The notes below the pieces were generated by a model. The model did not search any database. It worked only from the letters and a program-made list of their open reading frames with translations, and was not told the DNA's origin. Of a stretch of DNA of 64,000 nt, positions 49,913 through 63,969 are shown one piece after another. How positions within the stretch are numbered: the stretch's first letter is position 1; the number at the start of each line of letters is the position of its first letter. Location of the stretch: contig NC_069006.1 in assembly GCF_001194135.2 (NCBI RefSeq), forward strand, positions 11,365,088-11,429,087. The letters run 5' to 3'. Both the position numbers and the translations under genes were made by a program. Source of the stretch: Octopus bimaculoides. Its lineage: Eukaryota.

Positions 49913-52725
49913 ACTAGATTGTTATTTTAAATAGCTATGAAATCTAGTGGCAGCATGGGAAGAAGAAAAAAACCTTACAGGTTATAATAATCATCAAAAT
50001 TATGAATAATTGAAAAAGCAGTCAAAACCTGACTCTAAAACCACATCAAGTATTCAATACAGCACAAGGTGAAAAGACAAAAGACAAACTAGTAAAAATT
50101 GGATAATCCCAGACCCTGGGCTTCTGGCTTTGTATCTCTTAGATACCCTTATTTATAATTTTAATATATATACATACACACACACAAGATGGTTTCTTTC
50201 AGTTTCCATGAACGAAATCCACTTATAAAGCTGTGGGTGGCCTGGGTTTATAGTAGAAGATACTTGCTTTAAGTGCCATGTAGGACTGAAATTAGAACTG
50301 AGGTGGGAAGCAAACTTCTTAAACACACAGCCATGCATGATGGAACAGAAATGAGTGGAAAGAGATAAAATAGACATCAGAGGAATCAGATGAAAGGGAA
50401 AGTGATGTATATAAAAGCAGATGATTGGACGGAAACAAATCACATGATGTAAGTGGAATTGGTGAAAGGGTGAAGATGCAGGAAGCATTGGTGAGGTTTG
50501 GATCTTAGACTGCTGAACTTCACAAAGGCAGCAGCAACATGATGTGAAACCGGCCTCACCCAGGCCATCAAGGAAAAACAGGCATAAAATGATGACATCC
50601 ACACCTGACAGTATGCATCTGTGTATGACATGGTACACATCAATGTGACACAGTACACAATGATCTTACATAGTACACATGAATGTATGATATAGTACAC
50701 ATCAATATGAAGGTACACATTGATGTATGACAGATAGGAAGTAGTAAGTGTTAATGATTACAAAGAGAAGACAAGAAGTCAGTAATGAGAGATTGAAAGG
50801 TCAAGGTGAGGTGATGAGGAGGGATGGTGAAGTAAGAGAGGTGTTTAATTGCTGTGCAAATATTTCACATTCCATGAAGGAAAGACAGTGTAATCTAACT
50901 TGTTACAAACATACTCAAGTCTATTGAAAGCTGTCTCTCTCTCTCTCTCTCTCTTTTTGCAAGGATAAATGTGTTTTCTCAAACTCAGTAGAGTCTCTCT
51001 TTACAAACACACCCATGTCTTTTCACAACTCTCTCTCTCTCTTTCTCCACAAAACACATTCACATCTTCTCACAGTTGACCCAGGCTACATAACAATTAC
51101 ACCATCTCTCTCATTCAATCTAGACAAACCTTATTAAAAAAAGAATGCATATACACAGAAAAAAAAAACTGCAACATCAACAACCTCATTCATCACAAAA
51201 TACTGTCCTCAACATTTGCATCACCACCAGCAACAGGTGCAGAAAAACCAGCATCTGTTGTGCTCTGGTCAAGTCCACCTTGTTCTCCTCCACTGTAAAG
51301 GATAAACATGACTAGACTATCACAGAATACCTCATATACAATAAACTACCATATACTGGCCTATCTAGGGAGGGCCTCTACAGAACAAGACACCTGGTAT
51401 GTCTAAAATGCTTTCATTTAACAAAATATCTTGTCACTGTTTAGCCCCAGGTGAACTCTGATCATTCTAGCCATGACCATCCTATCTGTTTATGAGTATT
51501 TAGGGCTACATAATCCAAAGTGTTCTTTATTTATTTATGACAATATGTTGTATTTTAAGGAAGATTTGGCTATTATTTCCTACTAAGGTTTCCTCACTGG
51601 TGCACGATCAACTTCCAATGTAGTAAAGGGATGGACTGGGGAACTTTACATGGGGCATACGGCTGAGGTTCAAGGTATGGCTTTAAACCAGCCATATCCA
51701 GCACAAAATCTTCTATCTGCTTTATGTTCAAACTGACCAGATCTGGCTTCTCACACCTACCTAACAACATTAATCAAAACAAACATTCACATCACTGAAA
51801 TCTCAAAGCTACAAGATTAATGCATGATTAATTCATATTTATTGTGAATGAATATGTGTTATATTTGAGAGAATAATCTGGGTGCTAAGGGGTTAAGCTG
51901 CATTGGTTCAGGAGTTCTGGAGTTTTGAGTAGTATGGAACCACTTCTTCAGCACTATTTTACTCAGGTTTACTCTAACCTGGAGAAGTAGCACCTCTCAG
52001 GGTCATAGCTATGCATTAATTAACATGTCATGGAATTGCTTCCAGAAGAATGCCAGTCATAGACACCCCAAAGGACCCATGCCAAATGAGGTTCTTCATA
52101 TCTTTAGCCCCTCATCTAAGAGAAGATAACTCCAGACAAATCCTGCGTCTTGATAACTACTGAGCTTGTGGTATTTGTTGCATCAGACCAATACAAGTTT
52201 GAAGGATGAGAAAGTAGGGCTGGCTCTACACAAACCAAGCCCAATAATTTGATAAACCCCCAGCTACCTTGTCGGGAATGAGTGTTTAAAGAAGGTTAAG
52301 GGAGTAAACCCCTACAGAAAATACAGAGAGAGAGGGGGGGACCCTCACACAGATATGCATGGTTATATTTAACCAATATCTGGCATTCCCTGCTGCTCCA
52401 TGGATGCTGCAAATGTATTAAACTTTTCTTTGTGACATATCCACAAGTGGAGAGGTTGTAAGTGTACTTGGAGCCAGGCACTTGCTGCTGGAAACAGCTC
52501 AGGTACAGCAGAGGTGGTGAAGTTATTGTCTCTGCAATATCATTGACTGATGAATAAAAAGGTGAACCAGAAGGATGAGGGTAGAGTTAAAAGACTTCAC
52601 ATGGGGTTAGAGCTGAAGTGGGAGATTACATGGGAGGTAAAAAAAAAAGGGGGGGCTGATGGATCAGGACAAAAATGGGAGCTAAACAACAACAAAAACT
52701 CAAAAGAAAACAACAGTCAACTCAC

Positions 52726-52893
52726 CCCTAAATATTCGTCTTCATTGAACAACTGTGGCGGGAGGGCTGTTTCATTGCCACACAATGAACGCATCTTGTT
52801 TTTATCCTCCACATCCTTGGAAATGTCAATTTCAGTAAATTCAATGTTTTTGGAATCCAGAATTGTTTTAATGCTTTCAATCTTTTTCTTGGT
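52726..52893 (-). CDS. SH3BGRL: SH3BGR-like (thioredoxin/glutaredoxin-fold) exon: TKKKIESIKTILDSKNIEFTEIDISKDVEDKNKMRSLCGNETALPPQLFNEDEYLG
   Basis: ttcttctgcag acceptor, GGG|gtgagt donor, 168 nt phase 0/0. The DIS...MR...PPQ(I/L)FN...Y.G pattern fits the SH3BGR family. Paralogue assignment is uncertain. Not in the ORF track. Confidence 0.92.
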
Positions 52894-53872
52894 CTGCAGA
52901 AGAAAAATAAAACAAAAAATCCGTTTTATAAACTGAATGACAACAATAACTTCATTTATACAAATTCATCTGGTTTTTTCCATTTTTTTTCATGCAAGCA
53001 TGGGCTGGAAGGACATACTATTGCGGCAGTATTGTTTTACAACAGGACATTCTTCTTGTCGCTAACCCTTACCTGTTTTCCAAGTAAGGGAACTCTTATT
53101 CTACACACCTTCAAAGACACAAAGCTAGCAGATAATTTGTTGACAGGAGAAATGATAAGAACTTCACTGCTTGCAACTCAGCAATTTTTGGAGAAGTGAA
53201 AATGCAAACAAACACAGACACACATCATATTTACTCATGTATAAGTTGCACTATTTTATACCTGATTTTAAATGAAAAAAAAAAACTGGAAAAGTGGCTG
53301 TTAAAAAATGTTGAGCATTTATTATAGAGAAATCACTATTAAACTTGATGGAAATATCTCCAGGATTGTAAATATTACTTTTTTGTATTTAGTTTCATAA
53401 ACTTCACTATTTCAAATTTTTTAGCAGTCTAGACTCTACCTGCATCAGGGGCCATGTCTCTGCTAAAAAAGGAAAAGAACAAAACAAAAAAACCTAGAAT
53501 TCCATTATGCTTGTAGCCATCCTCAGAGAGGAACTGTTAAAAGTGACTAAAGCTGGCATTGTCAGTGTACCAATCGGTTGGTTAAACAGACAAATAAAAG
53601 ACTGTTCTAATTACAAAACACATGCTTGTACATACACTGACATACACAACTATGCATATGTACACACAAAGGTTAGCCAGAAAACAGGAAGTGTGGTGAA
53701 GTCCATAGAAAAAGTTACTGTTTATGAGAGAGGAATGACTTAGAGAGAGACTGAATGGAAATACCATTGAACAAAGAAAATTGCTAATAACACACACTGA
53801 CATTATATATATATATATATATATATCAGATATATATACATATATAGATAGATAGATCAGATAGGCAGGCAG

Positions 53873-53912
<40 letters not shown>

Positions 53913-54255
53913 GTCAGTGTGTTTATAGGCAGAAACAAAGTAGTTACTGTAGAAATACTTTCAGCAAATAACACCACCAACAGCACTAATTAATACCATT
54001 TCTAATAATAGTATTCCTAATATTAACGACAGGCTGAAAGAGAGAAGGGTTTAGTTGATTAAATCCATGTCATTAACTAAATACCACAAGATACTTTATT
54101 TGATGTTCCTCTAATTGCGACATTATTGTACAAGGTTGTGGCGGCAAAGACTGCATGACCCAGTACATAAATGGTACTTTATGTCAGAGGTGTCAGTTTG
54201 GTGTGGGGACATAACTCCCCTCCACTAGTAAATAATAATAATAATAATAATAATA

Positions 54256-54288
<33 letters not shown>

Positions 54289-54444
54289 TACTCAGGCCTA
54301 TTCAGCATTTTTTTTAGGAGGGGGTAGCCACAAGACACACCCCAGGCATTCCATTCATTTCCTAGCTCAAAGAAACGAGCCCCAGGCATAGAATGCAACC
54401 CCTAATATCAGCAGTGGGGCCGGTTTAACCCCACTGCATCATGC

Positions 54445-54675
54445 TGGTTCCATACCCCTTTGAGCAACATCAAATTCACTCATTTGTCCACAAGCACTCT
54501 CCAAGATTTCCTATCATTAACAAACTCTTTTGCTTCTCTCACTCCAACACCTCTGACCACCAAAGCTTTCCTCACTCCGTCCATCCATCCACACAAACCG
54601 AGTTCTGCTGCCTACCACTTCTGCCTTCATCACCCTCCTTACCACCCGCTCCTCATCCATCCTCTCCATGTGGCC
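54445..54675 (-). mobile_element. RTE-like LINE 3' fragment
   Basis: GHMERMDEERVVRRVMKAEVVGSR...FVWMDG. Confidence 0.7.
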
Positions 54676-55298
54676 AACATAATAATAATCCTTTCTATTA
54701 TAAGCACAAGGTCTGAAATTGTTGGGGAGGGGGTTAGTTTCATTGACCCCAGTGCTCAACTGGTCCTTATTTTTTTTACCTCAAAAGGATGAAAAGCAAA
54801 GCGGACCTCAGTGGAATTTGAACTCAGAGGGTGAAGCCAGAACAAATGCCACTAAGCATTCTGCCCAGCATGCTAACCACCCAGCCAGCCAGCTCACCAC
54901 CACCATAACAATACTGGCTTCAAATTTTGACACAAAGCCAGCAATTTTAGGGAAGGAAATAAGTCAATTACATCAACCCTACTGTTCAACTGGTACTTAT
55001 TTTATCGACCCCAAAAGGATGAAAGGCAAAATTGATCTTACTGGAATTTGAACTCAGAACATAAAGCTGGAAGAAATGCTGTAAAGCATTTTCTCTGATG
55101 CGCTAATGGTTCTGCCAGCTCACTACCTCCATAATAATATAATATCAATCATAATTCTTTCTAATTTTGGCACAAGTCCAGCAATCCTGAGGGGAGAAGT
55201 TAGTGGATTTCATCAACCCCAATACTTCACTGGTTCTTTTTTGTTTTTTAATCAAGGCCAACAGCATGAAAAGCAAAATGGATCTCAGCAGCATTTAA

Positions 55299-55517
55299 CC
55301 CTTTAGCATCCAGATTACTCTGTCAAATATAATGCTTATATATTCATATTATTTTGATTTAATCCTGCATTATCTCGTAGCTTCAAGGTTTCAATGCTGC
55401 AATTGTTTATTTTTAGAGCTATATTGTTGGGTAGGTGTTGAGAGGACAGATTTGGTCTGTTTTTAAACATAAAACAGAATATTCGAGCTGGATGTGGCCA
55501 GTTTAAATGCCAAAGGG
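55299..55517. mobile_element. TTAA-flanked MITE, same family as 7969 (opposite orientation)
   Basis: TTAA-ccctttagcat ... atgccaaaggg-TTAA. Confidence 0.8.
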
Positions 55518-56770
55518 TTAAACTGCAAGCATTTGTTTTTATTCCCCCTCTCTAAACGTATTTTGCCAACATGCTGTTACATTTAGATTAGCTATCTATA
55601 CAAAACATTGTAGGGTAGATATGAGAGGCTGGATCTGGTCAGTTTGAACACAAAACAGGTAGGATATTTTGGCTGGAACTTTATTCTACTGAGCCCAGAA
55701 AGATGTAAGGTAAAGTCGTTGGCCTTAACAAGATTTGAGCTCAGAATGTAAAGAGCCTCTCTCTCTTGTTCACCTTTCACACAGAAATTTACTAACAGGT
55801 CAATACTTGTGTCTCATTCTCTTTGTTCACCTTCCACAGAAGTTTACCAATAGGTCACCACTTGTTTCTTTCTTTCATTCTCTCTCTCCACTTTCTCACT
55901 CACATTTCATAAATATTTACTTAGAGATCAATATTTTTATCTGTCTGCCTGTCTCTCTCTCACTCTTCCAGACCCTTTTTTCTCTCTCCATTTTCTTTCC
56001 TCGTCCCTTTCTGCTGAAGAGCATAGGCTCAAAATGTCAAAGACTCTTCCATTTTCCCTGAGCCCCAAACTACAAGACTTTGTTGACCCCTCACCTGTCT
56101 TTGTCTTTTCTTCTTTATATATCTTGAACCATATATCAATCTCTTTCATGCACCTTCCGTACATATTTCGCTGAGGCAAAAGGCTTTGCCAGAAACGAAA
56201 GGATCTGACTTCAAACTTTCCAGCCTTGTCTATCCTACACCACTTAGTTTCCGTGTTTTGTTTTGTCTTTTCCTGCTTCAGTCACCAATCACAAACAAAG
56301 AAATACTTGTTAGACATCTCTTTTGGATGATGACAGCAGAGACAACAATCACAGCAACAACAAACAAAATATAATAAACATTATTGTGATAACAATAGCA
56401 GCAACAGCAACAACAACAACAGAGAAATTCTTTCAAGTTTAACATAAAACAATTGTTGACAATTGTGATTGTTTCAAGTAAATAGTAATATGTCTGTGTG
56501 AGATATTGAACCTGCTACATTCAGCAGACTCAGTGAATAACAAGTGTTTGGGCACACTTGTTATCATTGAATAACATTTTTAACATAATTAATAACGAGA
56601 CTCTATGTTGCTGTTATTAAATATAAGCAATGAAAGTGAGGAGGGAGTGCTGTGTGGGTGGGGTGGAAGCAAGGAATACAAGGATGTTAACCAAAACTTT
56701 GTTGACCTTAGTAGTCTTATTTTTATCACGTGTTTTCACTGCACTTCCAAGCGCAGCCCTGTGTGCCTTG

Positions 56771-56832
56771 GGTATAGTTTTACCGACTTCGACTCCAGCT
56801 ACCCCTTAACTGTTTCCGACTCCACAGCCCTG
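56771..56832 (-). mobile_element. Truncated copy of the 58923 MITE
   Basis: Reverse complement reads cagggctgtggagtcggaaacagttaagggg...aaaactataccc. Confidence 0.75.
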
Positions 56833-57323
56833 TTTTCTATGCTGGCATGGGTTGGACAGTTTGACAGGAACTGGCTACCTGGGGAGCTGTCCAGATTCCA
56901 ATTGTCTGTTGCAGCATGATTTCTATGGTCGGATGCCCTTCCTACTTTGTTATGTTATTAGCTCCACCTTAGCAAAGACAGAGGTACTGATTTTCAGTCA
57001 TGTTTGTTTGTTTGTCCATGGACAAGATATCTCAAGAACTACTGGATGGATTTGGATGTAACTTTCAGCGATGTTTGGCCTTGTGACTGGCACAAACTGA
57101 TTAGATTTTGGGAACGCTCTGGTACTGGAGAAGGATTCTGGATTATTTTTCTGTTTTTTTTTGTTACTTAATTTTTGAGAGTGGTCGGGTTCATTTTTAG
57201 TATTCTTGTTTGTGATAGCAGTTGAGTTTATTTCAGATATTCTCATTTTAAAAATCATCTCTGGCTAATCATTGAGAGGACGTTGGTGTTGCTTTGGTGG
57301 AGGTTTGCACTCTCTAAGTGCTC

Positions 57324-57369
<46 letters not shown>

Positions 57370-57826
57370 GTAAGGTGGCAAGCTGGCAGAATCGTCAGCT
57401 CACCAGGCAAAATACTTAGCAGCACTTCATCTGTCTTTACATTCTGGGTTCAAATTCCACCAAGGTTGATTTTGCCTTTCATCCTTTCAGGGTCAACAAA
57501 ATAATTACCAGTTGAACACTGGGGCTTCGATGTAATTGACTCATCCCCTCCCCCAAAATTGCTGCCCTTGTCGCAAAATTTGAAGCCATTATCATTATTA
57601 TTATTATTATTATTATTACAAAAAGTGGAAAGCTGGCAGAACCATTAGCACACCAGACAAAAAGCTTAGTGACAGTTTGTCTGTCTTTACATTTTGAGTT
57701 CAAATTCTGCTAAGGCTGACTTTGCCTTACATCATTTTAGGGTCAATAAAATACCAATCAAGTACTGGGGTCAATGTAATCAACTAACCCCACAAATTTC
57801 AGGTCTTGTGCTTAGAGCAGAAAGGG

Positions 57827-57867
<41 letters not shown>

Positions 57868-58260
57868 AGGCAGTGAGCTGGCAGAGTCGTTAGCACACCA
57901 GACAAAATGCTTAGTGGCAATTTGTCCCTCTTTATGTTCCAAGTTCAAATTCCACCAAGGTTGACTCTGCCCTTCATCCTTTTGGGATTGATGAAGTACC
58001 AGTGAAGCACTATCCCTTTTACCCAAAATTTCAGACCTTGTGTTTATAGTAGAAAGGATTATTATTATTATTATTATTGCTGTTGTTATTTGGGTGGTGG
58101 ATTGGCCGAATTGCTAGCAAAATGTTTTGCAGCATACCTTCTGACCCTTTACATTCCGAGTTCAAATCCTGCCAAAGATAATTTTACCTTTCATCTCTCT
58201 GAGGGACAATAAAATACCAAATACTGCAGTTGGCATAACCAACTTGCCCACCCTGTTCAA
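57370..58260 (+). mobile_element. Head-to-tail stack of about 4 copies of the (TAA/TAT)n-tailed SINE-like family
   Basis: Recurring aaggtggcaagctggcaga...gttcaaattccaccaagg...catcctttc..ggtcaa units separated by (TAT)n. Confidence 0.7.
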
Positions 58261-58922
58261 ACTACAAACTTTGTGCTTTGTGTTAGAAATCATCATCACA
58301 AAGTGGATGCTGACAGCAGGATTAGTATGGCACCAGACAAGATGGTGTTGGATTAGCAGAATCAGTAAAGAGAGAGAGAGATGCTGAGTTCAAATCTTGT
58401 CCCTGGTCATTTTAAACTTTTTATCTTTCCAGTGACAAAAGTTTCAGACAAACATTGGAATCAATTGAAGCAACAATATTCCATTCTATGTTGTCATTCC
58501 TTACATTAACAACCATCAAATATATCTTCTTTATCTTCTATTTGTTTTGGTCATTGGATTGTTGCCATGCTGGGGCAGGGCCTCGAAGGATTTTACTCAG
58601 ACAAATCAATTCCAGTACTTTTTCTTAATTCATAAGTCTGTAACTTATTCTATTAGTCTCTTACATTATATTACAGGGACATAAACAAACCAACATTGGC
58701 TGTGAAGTGGTGGTGGCTGTGGTGGTGAGGTGACAAACACAGATACAAAGACACCAACATCTGTGTGTGCTGCCATGTTGGTGGCATTTAAAAAACACCC
58801 AGTACACACTGTAAAGTAGTTGGCATTAGGAAGGGCATCCAGCTGTAGAAACCATGCCGCAACAGACAATTGGAGTCTGGACAGCTCCTGTCAAACTGTC
58901 CAACCCATGCCAGTATGGAAAA

Positions 58923-59194
58923 TAGGGCTGTGGAATCAGAGTCAGAATCGTGGAGTCGGAAACAATTAAGGAGCAGCTGGAGTCGCAGTTGATAAAACTA
59001 TACCCACTCCGACTCACAATATCTTTATTCTTTAATATAAAGCATTTATAACATATAGGTCTACTCAAAGTACCAGTGTATGCTTTATGAGATATGTAGA
59101 AGACCACAATCACTTAATTACATAAAGAGGAGTCGAAGGTGCCAATAGTAGAGTAATCGGAGTCGAAGTATTTTGTTTCGCCTCCACAGTCCTG
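58923..59194. mobile_element. hAT-type MITE with 8-bp TSD
   Basis: TIR tagggctgtgga / tccacagtcctg and exact TSD ATGGAAAA (58915-58922, 59195-59202). It splits a host repeat that resumes correctly afterwards. Confidence 0.85.
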
Positions 59195-59526
59195 ATGGAA
59201 AACAGACATTAAACAATGATGATGATGATTTATATACACACTGTGTATTGAAGCTTCAACAAGTACAACACCAGTCAACATAGAGAGTGAAGAAGATTGT
59301 TATATTGAAAACCACAAAGTCTGTTTCTTTCTGCCTTCTTCCTTACGTGTGTTCCTTGTTCAAACGTCATCCACTTTGAACACAAGTGACAAACAGTCTT
59401 GTTTTTATCATCTTGAAAAATAGTGAAATAAATTAATGTTTTGACCAGGAAACCCCTGGTGAGCTAAATTTCACAAGACCCATGGCTTTCATTATAACAC
59501 TATATGCCTTGCAAACCTTTTGGCAT

Positions 59527-59891
59527 AGGCACAGGAGTGGCTGTGTGGTAAGTAGCTTGCTTACCAGACACATGGTTCCGGGTTCAGTTCCACTGCGTGA
59601 CACCTTGAGCAAGTGTCTTCTACTATAGCCTTGGGCCGACCAAAGCCGTTTGAGTGGATCTGGTAGATGGAAACTGAAAGAAGTTTGATGTGTATATATG
59701 TGTGTGTGTCTGTGTTTGTTCCCCCACCATCGCTTGACAACAGATCTTGGTGTGTTTATGTCCCTGTAACTTAGCGGTTCAGCAAAAGAGACCAATGGAA
59801 TAAGTACTAGGCTTACAGAACGGGTTGATTTGTTCGACTAAAGGCGGTGCTCCAGCATGGCTGCAGTCAAATGACTGAAACAATTAAAAGA
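59527..59891 (+). mobile_element. SINE, same family
   Basis: Matches the other copies. Confidence 0.8.
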
Positions 59892-60059
59892 ATATATGCA
59901 TGTATGTATGCATGCATGTGTGATGATGAATTCTCTTGTTATGAACGACATATGAGAGTTCAGTAAAATAAAGTGGGAGTCATGTTCCTGGCAAACCTTT
60001 TGGCAAATGGAACAAGTTGAGGACTCAGTTTGCTCAAGTGGTTGTGGATCATTTACTAT

Positions 60060-60118
<59 letters not shown>

Positions 60119-61074
60119 GCTTCTACAGAGTTTCTGTCAACAGAATTCACAACGCATTAGTTGGCACAGGTTTGTAGTAGAAGACAGTTGTACAAGGTGC
60201 CATGCAGTGGGACTGAAACCAGAAGCACAAGGTTACAAAGCAAGTTTTTTAACCAGACACCCATGCCTACACCTATATGTACTTTTGTGGTAATATGGCT
60301 GATGAGAACTTCAGAGACAATATGACATGGTCACATCCTCCATAATCCTCTATCTGTATCTATCAGTAACAACAACCATGCACCCCCGCACATGCTCATA
60401 TAGACATACACTTAACTTCACACATGCTCACAAGCTCACACACACACACACATGATGTGTGATGGGAAATTTGAGAGAAAGAGAGAGGGAGAGATTGGTG
60501 TGTAACACAGAAATATGATATTCATGTGTGGAAGAAAGCAAATGAGAGGTTGTGATGTATTAGAGAGAGAGAGAGAGAGGGGAGAAAAATAGTGTAATAG
60601 AAAGAGAGAAAGTGTGTGTGTGGGGGGGAAGATGGGGTGATGCGTAGAAAGAAAATATATGAGAGTTGAAGAGTAAAGTGTGTGTGAGAGAGAAAGAGTG
60701 AGAGATAAAAAGTGATATATGTCAGAAAGAGAGAAAGAAAAAGGGTAATGTAAGTGAAAGTGAGAGAAAGAGAGAGAGGGGTGAAGTGGGAGTTGTCTGC
60801 AAAAGATGATGTGTAATGGACGAGTAGAGGTGGTATATTCAATTAGATTTTAGATTCACTATGTGTATCGCCATACATACATCTATAGTTTATATACACA
60901 CACACACACACACACACATTTACGCATATATCTACACACAAACTGGGTACAATAGAAATAACTGTTTATAAATAATGGCTTGAAAGTTTCAGCTCACCTA
61001 CATTGTACTTACATACACACATATATATATAGATGGAATCAGACACACATATCCAGACAAACAACAACAAATTT

Positions 61075-61123
<49 letters not shown>

Positions 61124-62151
61124 CCCACACAGACATATTACATTTACAGACATATAGATTCAGACACATCTACATATTTACACATACAAATTCACACACA
61201 TACATCCAGACAACCATGCACATAGACATCTAAACATTCACACTCACACCCCCACACACTTGGACAGATATATAGACAGCTAATACATATACATCCACTC
61301 TTATGGCAATATACATCATCAACAACACACACAAGCTTGAGTACACACACACACACATCAATAAGGGAGTGGTTACAAGATTGCTCAACCTCTTAGAAAA
61401 AGCAGTCAAATTACCTAAAAACTATGTCATACTGTCTTAAAACACACACACACACACACGCCTACACATACACAATGTAGATCAAAGGGTGGTGGATGCA
61501 ATGTCTTGCAGTGATGGTCATAGTTGGAGTATCTTTCCTCATAGGTCAGCTCACTGACAGTTGGCCTGGAGCGAAACAATAACCTAATATACAAACAATG
61601 AGATCAGCTATTTCAGATATTTAGCTGGGATGGGGGCGGGGGAGAGAGAAAGCTGGACATGAGAGCTTTAGAGGATTTGGTGGTTTAATTGCATAGAGAC
61701 ACTGACCACATATGATAATTATAATTATAAAGAGGTGTTGACTTTATATTTGATATGGAGGGACTGAACAGATGTTTCGTAATTATAATTATAAAGGAGT
61801 GTTGACCACATGTGTGACGTAATGGTTAGGCTGCTGCACTCACAATCCCTAGATTGATTCGATTCCCAGACCAGGTGGCATGTTGTATTCTAGAGCAAAA
61901 GATTTCATTTCATGTTACTCCAGTCCCCCTTTCAATCAGAGGAGAATGCTGACCTGCTCACTGAACCCGTGGGTCAGTGTCATTCAAAGGCTAAAATGAG
62001 GCAAAGTGCATTGTGAGCAGCGATGTGTAACAACATTTGATAGCCTGGTCAGTTACATGGTTAGCAAGGTAATATTTCACCATGGCCAGCAGTGTCCATG
62101 CAGAATGATGTACGACAGTAATGCATATTCATGACCATCAAGTGATATACT

Positions 62152-62351
62152 CTTTTAATTGTTTCAGTCATTTGACTGCAGCCATGCTGGAGCACCGCCT
62201 TTAGTCGAGCAAATCGACCTCAGGACTTATTCTTTGTAAGCCTAGTACTTATTCTATCGGTCTCTTTTGCCGAACCGCTAAGTTATGGGGACATAAACAC
62301 ACCAGCATCGGTTGTCAAGCGATGGTGGGGGTGACAAACACAGACACACAT

Positions 62352-62400
<49 letters not shown>

Positions 62401-62545
62401 TACGACGGGCTTCTTTCAGTTTCCGTCTACCAAATCCACTCACAAGGCTTTGGTCGGCCCGAGGCTATAGTAGAAGACACTTGACCAAGGTACCACACCA
62501 CGCAGTGGGACTGAATCCGGAACCATGTGGTTGGTAAGCAAGCTA
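62152..62545 (-). mobile_element. SINE, same family, full length, low divergence
   Basis: Reverse-complement match to the family. Confidence 0.8.
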
Positions 62546-63969
62546 CTTACCACACAGCCACTCCTGATATCTAGACAAAGAGACACAAACACACACCCAC
62601 ATGCATACATACACATACATACATATCTTTTAACCCTTTCATTACAGAAAGCAATTTTATAAACCAATCTATCTACTGTTGAAGAATGTCATGTTTGAAG
62701 CTATTTTTTGTGGTGATGTGTCAAGTTTATTGAGACAACATGACTTGCAGAAAATACCAAGTCTATTTAGATAATTAACACTATTACTGAAATAACCAGG
62801 AAATTTAATTTTGCAGTTTCAAGGTTAACATTTTTATAGCAGAAATCAGATATATCCATTCAAAATTTCATTACTCTAAACCACAGAAAGCAGTTTTATA
62901 CAGCAGTCTATTTTTTGTTGAGGAACGTCATGTTTGAAGCTATTTTCTGTTGTGATATGTCAAGTTTATTGAGACAACATGACTTACAGAAAATATTGAT
63001 TCTCTATACCGGAATAACTATGAAATTTAAGTTCGCAGTTAAAGGGCTGCAATCATAACGTAGTGCCCACCTTAAAGAGTTCTTTTTAGTGAAACATGTC
63101 ACCCCCAGATTTTATTTTTTAAAGTCTGGTACATATTCTATTGATCACTTTTGCTGAATTACTAAGTTACAGTGACATAAACAAACCAACACTGGTTGAC
63201 AGGTAGTGGGTGGAGGAGAAAAAAGACAAACACACACACACACAACAAGCCTCCACACAATTTCCATCAACCAAATTAACTTACAAGGTATCGGTTGTTA
63301 CAAGGTGCCTTGCAGTGGGACTGAACCAGAACCCACATGATTGAAAAGTGAGCTTCTTAACCACACAAGCATGACCATCCCATCTTTTTGAGGCATAGTA
63401 TGTCTACAATCACATTATCCAAATGTGTCCTTTTTTCTAAGAAGATAGGGTAAGATTCAAGGGAAGCTTCGGCTACTATTTTTAGCAGGTTATTTAGCCA
63501 TACAGTACGCTTGGCCATGTACAATATATGGCATGTGGAACGTGTGGTATGTATGTATAATGTATACACAAACATTCGACAAATTCAAATGCTCTGAATT
63601 TTTTCCTCTTTGATAAGATTTCTATCAAAATGTACACGGACACTCACATGCATACACAAATCTATAGATACAAGTTTCAAATTTCAAGTTGTTTTTCTTT
63701 CTTTCTTCTCTCTATTTTGTAATTCTCTCTCTCTCTCTCCCCTCCCTTCTTTCCTCTTTTTCTATATACACACACATACAAATAACAAAACAAAAACACA
63801 TCCTCTTCCACTTTTGTACAAAAGGCAAAGAAATTTTCTGTAACACTTATTAACTGAGGAGTCTCCACGAATGAGAGGAAAGCACTAATAAATAATTATC
63901 CAAAATTCTGACCACCACCTTTTTCTTCATATATAAAATCTGTACATTACTTCAAACAATCTCTCTCTC

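Noticed and set aside
51195-51293. Minus-strand acceptor (cctttacag) followed by open frames VEENKVDL... / GGEQGGLDQSTT...
   Set aside because: The true DY-exon was found at 46852; this segment is not phase-0 compatible and has no recognisable homology. At best an unverified cryptic exon.
57323-58100. Regularly spaced repeats resembling a CRISPR-like array
   Set aside because: Eukaryotic SINE stacks separated by (TAT)n; no constant short repeat with unique spacers and no cas genes.
59347-59411. Selenocysteine read-through of the TGA in MIKTRLFVTCVQSG*
   Set aside because: The frame does not join the next exon, and no SECIS was identified.
61472-61583. Possible minus-strand exon LLFRSRPTVSELTYEERYSNYDHHCKTLHPPPFDLHC with ag/gtatgt ends
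   Set aside because: No homology recognised, weak polypyrimidine tract, and not phase-compatible with the 59347-59411 candidate.
62630-63050. ~240-bp tandem duplication, plus short degenerate tandem arrays at 16400-16560, 45840-46200 and 50600-50720
   Set aside because: Ordinary MITE tandem copies or minisatellites with no coding or structural signal.
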